DNA of 64,000 nucleotides from a virus (taxonomy: Duplodnaviria; Heunggongvirae; Uroviricota; Caudoviricetes): the IMG/VR virus record IMGVR_UViG_3300021387_000074; one strand, 5' to 3'. The notes beneath the pieces were generated by a model, which saw nothing but the letters and a program-made list of their open reading frames with translations, ran no database searches and was not told the DNA's origin. Shown here one piece after another: positions 8,689-15,750 of this stretch. Each line of letters begins with the position of its first letter. The stretch's first letter is position 1. Both the position numbers and the translations under genes were made by a program.

Positions 8689-8726
8689 GGACAAAAATCC
8701 TTAATTTAATTTTTTAACGAAGTATC

Positions 8727-8734
8727 AAGATAAT
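8727..8734 (+). promoter_or_regulatory. Late-promoter-like motif AAGATAAT upstream of scaffold (also 9551-9558 upstream of MCP)
   Basis: Variant of the recurrent AAGTTAAT motif preceding structural genes. Confidence 0.6.
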
Positions 8735-8759
8735 TTTATAAAACGGAGGTTCTAGTTTA

Positions 8760-9557
8760 ATGGATAAAAATCAGAAACTTTCGCTTCTTAACGAAGAGCT
8801 TGATGAAGAGTCAGCTAACTACATTACTGAAGCAATTCAGTCGTGGAAGGAAGAAGTTATGGCTCAGCTTCAGGAAGAAGTTGAAAGAGCAAAAGCAGAC
8901 AAATTAGAAGAACTGGAAGAGCTTAACCTTAGATACCGTGAAGAGTTGAAAGAAGAATATTCTGACAAGCTCACAACAGCTCTTGCAGAACTTAAAGAAA
9001 GTGTTAAAGCTGATGCTACTGCTAACGTTTTAAAGAACAATCCAGAATTAAAAATTCTTGAATCTATAAAAGAATTGGTTGCACCACTTCTTAACGAAGA
9101 TTTTAGAGAGAATACTTATTCTGACACAATTGCTCAATTAGCAGAAGAAAATGAAGCTTTAAGAAGAGAACAGGAAATCATGGAAGGCGCTCAAACTCTA
9201 TCAGAACTTTTGGCTCCTTACTCTGATAAGACACAAAAGTTGGTTCTTTCTTTGATTAAAGAAGGAAGCCCAGAAGAGGTAACAGAACAGTTCTACACAA
9301 TTATGGAATCATTGCAGGATGTTTTCGGCGAAGCTGAAGACAACAATGAAGACGATGACGACACAGATGATGAAGACAAAGGTTCTAAAAAATCTGGCGA
9401 CGACGATGATGGTGATGACGAAGACGACGATGACGAAGACGAAGACGACTTAGACGAAGACTTCATTAATGAAGGATTTGACGGAGACGACGACGAAGAC
9501 GACGGAGACGTTCTTGGTTCTGTAAAAAACATTATGAAACAATATTCAATAAGATAA
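8760..9557 (+). CDS. Prohead core scaffolding protein (gp22-like)
   Basis: Coiled-coil, acidic, many (L/I)xE sites, Asp/Glu tail, directly upstream of MCP. Confidence 0.85.
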   Translation: MDKNQKLSLLNEELDEESANYITEAIQSWKEEVMAQLQEEVERAKADKLEELEELNLRYREELKEEYSDKLTTALAELKESVKADATANVLKNNPELKILESIKELVAPLLNEDFRENTYSDTIAQLAEENEALRREQEIMEGAQTLSELLAPYSDKTQKLVLSLIKEGSPEEVTEQFYTIMESLQDVFGEAEDNNEDDDDTDDEDKGSKKSGDDDDGDDEDDDDEDEDDLDEDFINEGFDGDDDEDDGDVLGSVKNIMKQYSIR

Positions 9558-9574
9558 TTTAGGAGGATTTTTGA

Positions 9575-11089
9575 ATGTTAAATACTAACTTTATCGAAAA
9601 AAATCAGTATGAAGAACAGCTTAACAATAGATGGGATTGGATTACTGAAGACATCGACGATGCAGAAACAAAACTTAACACTCAGTTAGTTCTTGAAAAC
9701 TCGTATCGTTATATGATTACTGAGGGATTAATCCCTAGATCTTGGCTCGAGAACAACGTTCTTTCAGAAGACGTTCTCGAAGAAGCTCCACAGATGAGAG
9801 GCGCAGTTGGTGATTATGTTATCCCTAAGGTAATGTTCCCAATCATCAGACGTGTTATGCCAGAACTTATCGCTAACAAATTGATTTCAGTTCAGCCAAT
9901 TCAGCAGCCAACTGGTGTAATCTACTACATCAACTATGACTACTCTACAACAAAGGGCGAAATCAAAGCTGGCGACGAATTCTCTGCTAACCCACAGCAG
10001 ACAACACCTGCTTTCGCTACTTGGTATTCAAGTGAAAAAATCGGACCATTCGTTGCAACTGTTGACAGTGCTAACGTTGGTGCAGACGCAAACGTTAAAT
10101 TTGTTGGTGGAAAGGCTATTACAGACTTCCTCGGAACAGATGTAACAAAATATAAGATTAAACGTTTCGAAGTTTACAATACAACTACTGGTAAAGCTAT
10201 TGCTACTGTTTACGGTGCAGCAGCTGGTGCAGCAGCAAATGTAACTTACGACGGAGTAAAGGGTGAATTCACTGTTAAAGTTCCAGCTTCAGCTATGGCT
10301 AGCGGAAAAGACAATGCATTCAAGGCTTTCTTGGTTTATGATCAGGAAGGATCAAGCTTCATTCCAGAGATGGAATTCCACATCGACCACATGAACGTTG
10401 AGACAACTGAACGTAAATTGAAGGTTAGATGGACAAAAGAAGCTGAACAGGATATGATGGCTTACCACAAGATCGACGTAGAACAGGAACTTGTAAAAGT
10501 TGCAGCAGTTCAGACAAACTACGAAATCGACCGTGAAGTATTGAGATTCATCGATGACCACATCATCACTGAACTTTCTCAGAGCCACAACTGGACAGAC
10601 GACGCAGCAACAACTGGAAACAATACTCAGGGTAACTACCTTGATAGACATCGTTGCTTGGCACAGAAGCTTTACGCAGCTTCTACAAAGGTTGCAACAT
10701 TCAACCACCTTGGACCATGTGATTGGGCTGTTTCTTCTCCAAAGATTGCAGCAGTTCTTCAGATGCTCCCAGATTGGAAAGCAGGAGAAATTGCTAATGG
10801 TAAGACAACTTACTACAACGCAGGTTCTCTCGGAAACGGTTCTTTGGCTATCTATGTAGATCCAAACAGAACTGGTGGACAGGAAGACGAACTTACACTT
10901 GGTTACAAGTCTAAGGATTCAACATACGGAGCTGGTGTAGTTTACTCACCATATGCTAACTGGATGTCAGGAACAGTTGTTAATCCAGACAACTTCAACA
11001 ACATCCGTGGTTTCTTCAACAGATATGCTTTGAGCATGGCACCAAGAGGACAGTACAACTACGCTCGTGTAACAATCAACAACATCTAA
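9575..11089 (+). CDS. Major capsid protein (T4 gp23-like)
   Basis: LVLEN, PIIRRVMPELIANKLISVQP..QPTG, RKLKVRWT.EAEQD, EIDRE, GVVYSPY. Confidence 0.95.
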   Translation: MLNTNFIEKNQYEEQLNNRWDWITEDIDDAETKLNTQLVLENSYRYMITEGLIPRSWLENNVLSEDVLEEAPQMRGAVGDYVIPKVMFPIIRRVMPELIANKLISVQPIQQPTGVIYYINYDYSTTKGEIKAGDEFSANPQQTTPAFATWYSSEKIGPFVATVDSANVGADANVKFVGGKAITDFLGTDVTKYKIKRFEVYNTTTGKAIATVYGAAAGAAANVTYDGVKGEFTVKVPASAMASGKDNAFKAFLVYDQEGSSFIPEMEFHIDHMNVETTERKLKVRWTKEAEQDMMAYHKIDVEQELVKVAAVQTNYEIDREVLRFIDDHIITELSQSHNWTDDAATTGNNTQGNYLDRHRCLAQKLYAASTKVATFNHLGPCDWAVSSPKIAAVLQMLPDWKAGEIANGKTTYYNAGSLGNGSLAIYVDPNRTGGQEDELTLGYKSKDSTYGAGVVYSPYANWMSGTVVNPDNFNNIRGFFNRYALSMAPRGQYNYARVTINNI

Positions 11090-11110
11090 TTTTAGAAATT
11101 AGTTGATTTA

Positions 11111-11142
11111 AACCCCGTTCGAAAGAGCGGGGTTATTTTTTT
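11111..11142 (+). terminator. Intrinsic terminator after MCP
   Basis: AACCCCGTTC-GAAA-GAGCGGGGTT followed by a T-tract. Confidence 0.85.
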
Positions 11143-11150
11143 GACAAATA

Positions 11151-11180
11151 AAAAAGGCTACCAAATTTGGTAGCCTTTTT
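11151..11180 (-). terminator. Bidirectional-type terminator downstream of flagellin
   Basis: AAAAAGGCTACCAAA...TTTGGTAGCCTTTTT; the same stem recurs at 32665-32695. Confidence 0.8.
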
Positions 11181-11225
11181 ACTTTTCTCCTTTCTATGGC
11201 GAGAACCCCTCCGAAGTCGCCGTTT

Positions 11226-12074
11226 CTATTTTAACAACGCTAATACATTTTGTGATTGTGAGTTTGCTTGACTAAGCATAGCGACAGAAGCCTGAGAAAG
11301 AACCTGCTGCTTTGTATATTCTACCATTTCAGTAGCCATATCAGCATCACGAATTCTTGATTCTGCAGCTTGTGTGTTTTCAGCTGCTACATTAATTCCT
11401 TTCTGTGCCATCTCCATTCTGTTCTGATAAGCACCAAGATCTGCTCTCTGCTTATTAACATTTTTCAAAGCTTCATCAAGTGTGGCAATTGTTGTATTTG
11501 CCTCATCAGGTGATGAAATAGAAATCTGATTGTCTTCACCCTGGATACCTTTCAGCCCAAGAGCAGAAGCAGTCATTGTTCCTATATATGCTCTGATATT
11601 CTGATCTGCGTTTGCACCAACCTGGAATTGCATTACAGTATCAGAATCTTTTGAGAATCTTCCAGTTAATAAATTCATTCCGTTAAACTGTGCTGAAGAA
11701 GCAATTCTGTCAACTTCTGCTACAAGCTGAGAAACTTCTACCTGAATCTGCATTCTATCTTCATCTGAGTATACACCATTTGAAGCCTGAACTGCAAGTT
11801 CACGAATTCTCTGAAGAACATCAGTTGTTTCTGCTAGATAACCTTCTGCTACCTGAACAAAAGAAACAGCATCTCCAATGTTTCTTGAAGCCTGATTAAG
11901 ACCACGAATTTGAGATCTCATCTTTTCAGATACAGCCAAGCCAGATGCATCATCACCTGCTTTGTTAATTCTTTCACCACTTGAAAGCTTTGCCATTGAA
12001 TTCTGTAAGTTTGCCGCATTAATTCCTTCTTGGCGACTAGCAAACAAACTTGCCATATTGTGATTTATTACCAT
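11226..12074 (-). CDS. flaB: Flagellin, spirochete periplasmic filament core FlaB type
   Basis: MVINHNM...[66 protein letters not shown]; 282 aa without a D2/D3 insert. Confidence 0.97.
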   Translation of the reverse strand: MVINHNMASLFASRQEGINAANLQNSMAKLSSGERINKAGDDASGLAVSEKMRSQIRGLNQASRNIGDAVSFVQVAEGYLAETTDVLQRIRELAVQASNGVYSDEDRMQIQVEVSQLVAEVDRIASSAQFNGMNLLTGRFSKDSDTVMQFQVGANADQNIRAYIGTMTASALGLKGIQGEDNQISISSPDEANTTIATLDEALKNVNKQRADLGAYQNRMEMAQKGINVAAENTQAAESRIRDADMATEMVEYTKQQVLSQASVAMLSQANSQSQNVLALLK

Positions 12075-12078
12075 ATAC

Positions 12079-12094
12079 TACCCCTCCTTGGGTA
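12079..12094 (-). promoter_or_regulatory. CsrA-type hairpin over the flagellin SD
   Basis: mRNA UACCC-AAGGAG-GGGUA places GGA in a hexaloop 4 nt before ATG. Confidence 0.55.
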
Positions 12095-12101
12095 TAAAAA
12101 A

Positions 12102-12129
12102 TTATCGGCAGATTTCTCTGCCGACTTTA
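12102..12129 (-). promoter_or_regulatory. Sigma-28 (FliA) promoter for flagellin, coincident with a terminator hairpin
   Basis: TAAA-N16-GCCGATAA; spacer forms TCGGCAGA-gaaa-TCTGCCGA followed by a T-tract. Confidence 0.75.
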
Positions 12130-12130
12130 A

Positions 12131-12520
12131 TTATTCGTCCCAATCAAAATCTTCTTTGGCTTCGGACGCTCTCGAAGCTGCAGTTGCAACTCCTTTTCTT
12201 GTGCTTTCTACTGGCCCAGCAATTTCACTTGCTTTTACAATTGCGTTTTTTTGGATTCTTCTCTTGTTAGTAACAGTGTCTTTTACTAGACCTGAATCAT
12301 ATATAAAATAACCGTTATCTAATTCGATGTAGTTTCCTTTCATTAAAACAACATAATCATCGTCTGATATTTCTTGCCCAGTAGTTATTGCACCTACTTG
12401 CCTAACCTTTGCTAATCCTTTATTTCCGTTTGCGCCTTTTATGGCTTTTACAGTATAAGAATCAGCAAAAAGAAGACTTGTGAATAATGCTAAAAAAGCA
12501 ATCACAAAAAGTTTTTTCAT
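12131..12520 (-). CDS. Exported protein with Sec signal peptide
   Basis: MKK + hydrophobic core + LFA|D cleavage site; AAGTTAAT motif at 12541-12548 and GAGGAG RBS. Confidence 0.75.
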   Translation of the reverse strand: MKKLFVIAFLALFTSLLFADSYTVKAIKGANGNKGLAKVRQVGAITTGQEISDDDYVVLMKGNYIELDNGYFIYDSGLVKDTVTNKRRIQKNAIVKASEIAGPVESTRKGVATAASRASEAKEDFDWDE

Positions 12521-12550
12521 TTCGAATCTCCTCTTGTGTAATTAACTTTT

Positions 12551-13087
12551 TTAAATCAAATCCTCTCTTCCAATAAATGTCAAAGCCTTTGCACGATTTT
12601 TGTGAATTATATCATAGTTAGGATATGACAACTTGCTTGTTCCGCGGGTATGAGAATAAATCTCTGGGAAGAAATAGCATCTTGATCTAATATAGAAGAA
12701 ATTCCACAAATCTAAATCCTTGTTTTTTATGGCTCTTCCATCCTTTCCTTCTTTTCTTGCGATTGCATCCTTCAATGCCTCTGCAATACCAACGATTGGA
12801 ATATCGTCATCCTTATTTGATTTATAAACAGAACCGATGAAAACTTCTCCATTTTCACCTTTAATTGCCACCAATGTTCCGCGTGGCTTCGTTCTTTCAA
12901 GCTGAAGTCTTCCGTTTCCAACTTCCTTTCCAATGAACCCGTCGCGAATTCTCAAAGAAATGAAACCGTTGTTTCCATGTTCCTTTCTAAATTCATCAAC
13001 GAACTTCTGTGCTTCATCTCGTGCTTTATTACGAGCTTCTCTTTTCTCTGCTGCTCTCTTCTTAGCAGCTTCTTCAAATTTATTCAT
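12551..13087 (-). CDS. Hypothetical phage protein
   Basis: 178-aa ORF with AAAGGAGA RBS. Confidence 0.75.
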   Translation of the reverse strand: MNKFEEAAKKRAAEKREARNKARDEAQKFVDEFRKEHGNNGFISLRIRDGFIGKEVGNGRLQLERTKPRGTLVAIKGENGEVFIGSVYKSNKDDDIPIVGIAEALKDAIARKEGKDGRAIKNKDLDLWNFFYIRSRCYFFPEIYSHTRGTSKLSYPNYDIIHKNRAKALTFIGREDLI

Positions 13088-13100
13088 CTTTTTCTCCTTT

Positions 13101-13475
13101 CTATTTTAATGTTAAATGATTAGTCCATTCGTAAGTGCAATATACTTGTTTGGCCCACTCATACTTCTTTTCTTCTGCCATATTTTCGGGGCAGTAATGC
13201 ATTGACGTAACTTCCATAGCGGATTCAAGAGCTTTTCTTCTTACTAAAACATTATTAATATGTTTACTTTCAAAGAACTTATCAATCTTTAATGAAGTGT
13301 TTAAGGTTCTTTTACCAAGTCCATCCATATGTAAGATTGCCGAAGCAAAACTCGGATCATTATTTAGTTCTTCAACCGCAGAAATAGCATCTTTTAAAAG
13401 ACTTAAGTTATCAGCGTCCGTATAAACAATTCCGAGCCTTTTCATTTTTTCTTCAAGTTCTTTAATCTCACTCAT
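13101..13475 (-). CDS. Hypothetical protein, weak tail-sheath-C-terminal-like segment
   Basis: GKRTL...VRR...LESAMEVTSMHYCPEN. Confidence 0.6.
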   Translation of the reverse strand: MSEIKELEEKMKRLGIVYTDADNLSLLKDAISAVEELNNDPSFASAILHMDGLGKRTLNTSLKIDKFFESKHINNVLVRRKALESAMEVTSMHYCPENMAEEKKYEWAKQVYCTYEWTNHLTLK

Positions 13476-13476
13476 A

Positions 13477-14796
13477 CTAAAAATTATAAACCATTACTGC
13501 ATTTTTGTCAACACTTCCAACAGTTGATTGAAATCCTTCTTCGAATTTTTCCTCAGCATAAGATTTTCCAGATACACATGGTCTTGGCGCCCATTTAGAC
13601 TCACATCTCTTTCCTTGCCTGAAATGGTCAAATTGTTCAACCCCAAGATTTTCTGATTGACAAAGATTTTGCAGCATCAAGACTTCTCCAACTGGAGGAT
13701 TTTCGCCCCCACAGAGTTCTTCGTAGAATTTTAAAGTTTCTCTAGCTGCATCCCAAAAATTCCACTTTCTATGTTGATGGATTAATGGGTGCCTATCAAA
13801 ATCTTGAAATTCTTCGTAAAATAGCATATCAGGGCCAATCATTGAATATGCGGCTTTATCACCATTCTTATATGTTCCCATACCAAATGTTGAATAGCCT
13901 TGTTCATGTTCCCAGGCCATATCTGACAATGAATTAATATAAACATTAAAATCATCAATAATTGGTGATTTTGGCTTATAAAGCCTTGTAGCGGCAACAT
14001 TAAAATTGCCATTCAAAGTTCCTTCTGGGTTTATATAACCTGGAATATAAGTTCTTACCGCTCTGCTTATTCTTCTATAAACGTCTGCAGCATTAAAATT
14101 ATCCAAGTTGTATTTATTTTGATATAATACAGAGATAGTTATTTCATCTGGAAAGAAGCAATACTTATTTGTAAGTTTAAAAAGATCTTCCGTTAAAACA
14201 TCATCCCAACCTTGTTTAGTTGTCCAATATGTTATAAGATCTATAGCGATATTCATATCTAAATCTCTAGCGTATTGCATACACTGAAAAGCGTTTTGGT
14301 AATCGGGGATTAATCTGCCTTGTTCTATTAGAATATCATTATCAAAAGTCTGAAAACAAAATATCAATGTAGTAAAATTATGACTTTTTAATACGTTGAT
14401 AAACTCCTTAGTTATTAAAGCAGGATGAAGCTCTATTATTTTTCTAGGAGCTTTTTCTAAATATTCAGGCATAGATTTTAGGTATTTATCAAAGTCTTCT
14501 GGCGACAAATAATTAGGGGTTCCGCCGCCAAAATTAACCATTTCTATTGCCTGATTTTTTAGAATACTGTCATACTCTTTGAAGAGATGTGGCATATAGT
14601 CAAAATAGAATTTTTGAACTTCTTCTTCTGTATGATTGCTTTTTGGACAACCTTTATGCATACAGTAGCCACAATTGGCTTGTGTTTTACAGAATGGATT
14701 ATGTAGATATACGACCGTTGGTCTAACGTTTTTTTCCCACATTTTTCTATAACTAACGATGTCTACTACATTTCCACTAAATTCTAACATTGCCAC
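13477..14796 (-). CDS. HemN-like radical SAM protein with atypical CX5CX2C motif (start may be ATG 14790)
   Basis: VYLHNPFCKTQANCGYC, FGGGTPNYL, IELHP, QTFD. Confidence 0.85.
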   Translation of the reverse strand: MAMLEFSGNVVDIVSYRKMWEKNVRPTVVYLHNPFCKTQANCGYCMHKGCPKSNHTEEEVQKFYFDYMPHLFKEYDSILKNQAIEMVNFGGGTPNYLSPEDFDKYLKSMPEYLEKAPRKIIELHPALITKEFINVLKSHNFTTLIFCFQTFDNDILIEQGRLIPDYQNAFQCMQYARDLDMNIAIDLITYWTTKQGWDDVLTEDLFKLTNKYCFFPDEITISVLYQNKYNLDNFNAADVYRRISRAVRTYIPGYINPEGTLNGNFNVAATRLYKPKSPIIDDFNVYINSLSDMAWEHEQGYSTFGMGTYKNGDKAAYSMIGPDMLFYEEFQDFDRHPLIHQHRKWNFWDAARETLKFYEELCGGENPPVGEVLMLQNLCQSENLGVEQFDHFRQGKRCESKWAPRPCVSGKSYAEEKFEEGFQSTVGSVDKNAVMVYNF

Positions 14797-14996
14797 AACC
14801 CTGGTGGATTTTCCACCTCATAATCATCAATTTCGTGTTTTCTCTTTGTTTTGATATTGATAAAGTTATTTGGCAATAGCTCAACTTTGTCTATCACCAA
14901 ATCTCCATCAATTTCTACATAACTTTGTGCTTTGCCTTGATGAGCCCAATCTTGTAAAATATTACATAACTGGGCTACTGTCATATACTCACCCAT
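14784..14996 (-). CDS. Hypothetical protein
   Basis: 70-aa ORF overlapping both neighbours. Confidence 0.6.
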   Translation of the reverse strand: MGEYMTVAQLCNILQDWAHQGKAQSYVEIDGDLVIDKVELLPNNFINIKTKRKHEIDDYEVENPPGLWQC

Positions 14997-15486
14997 TAGC
15001 TGTTCCTGTGGAGGCCCCGTAGCCTTTATTACCGCGCTCTGTTTCTCTATCTTCCCAATTTGCTTCTTCGGTAAATGGAATAAGAGTAGGAATTAACTGA
15101 GCAATTTTGGAACCTTTTTTAATAACAATTTTCTTAAACATATTGTTATTTCTAATTACAACTCCAACATTTCCAGTATATTCGATATCTACAACGCCTG
15201 CTTTTGTTGAAAGCTTGAGCTTGTAAGCGTTTCCACTTGTGTCTTTTATAAGAGCATAAGCGTTCCAACCTGCTGGTGGTGTCATCTGAATAGCCAAGCC
15301 AGTCTTAATAAGCACTGTCTGATGCGCTCTAATTACCAAATCTTCATCAGAAAACAAATCAAAGCCTGCATCTGTTTCATGTGCTTTTTTTGGTATAATA
15401 GCGGTTGGTGAAAGCTTCTTCCATGCTACTTTTACTACTGTCTTTTTAGGTGTTTTTGGTTTTTTTTGATTACTTGTTTCTGCCAT
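14989..15486 (-). CDS. dut: Trimeric dUTPase
   Basis: DAGFDL, GVVDIEYTG, KIAQLI, RGNKGYGAST motifs. Confidence 0.92.
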   Translation of the reverse strand: MAETSNQKKPKTPKKTVVKVAWKKLSPTAIIPKKAHETDAGFDLFSDEDLVIRAHQTVLIKTGLAIQMTPPAGWNAYALIKDTSGNAYKLKLSTKAGVVDIEYTGNVGVVIRNNNMFKKIVIKKGSKIAQLIPTLIPFTEEANWEDRETERGNKGYGASTGTANG

Positions 15487-15677
15487 TACTCTGATGCCTC
15501 TTTAATACCTTTTTCGTTAAAAATCTTTCTAAGAGAGTCGATTGCTTCTCCCATCATTTTAGAAGCCTCGTCTACTGTTGGTGCTTCTGTTGTAACATCC
15601 ATCTGGCCAGCACCTTTTGAGGTCTGTTTAAAATTAAGTCTGGCTCTTGTATTAGGAATATTTGCTGTATCTTCCAT
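15486..15677 (-). CDS. Small hypothetical protein
   Basis: AAAGGAGA RBS; first gene after an early promoter. Confidence 0.7.
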   Translation of the reverse strand: MEDTANIPNTRARLNFKQTSKGAGQMDVTTEAPTVDEASKMMGEAIDSLRKIFNEKGIKEASE

Positions 15678-15699
15678 ACTTTTCTCCTTTCTTGACTAA

Positions 15700-15728
15700 A
15701 TTATACTAGAGCCAATAATTTATGTCAA
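15700..15728 (-). promoter_or_regulatory. Consensus sigma-70 early promoter, back-to-back with late motif AAGTTAAT (15727-15734, +)
   Basis: TTGACA-N17-TATAAT on the minus strand. Confidence 0.85.
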
Positions 15729-15750
15729 GTTAATTATATTGGAGACTTAA

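Noticed and set aside
9293-9532. Poly-Ser antisense ORF and GAC/GAT repeats
   Set aside because: Mirror of the Asp/Glu-rich scaffold tail
11181-11225. GC-rich structured stretch and SD-like AAAGGAG in the flagellin 3' UTR
   Set aside because: No downstream start codon and no recognisable RNA family; too short to support a call
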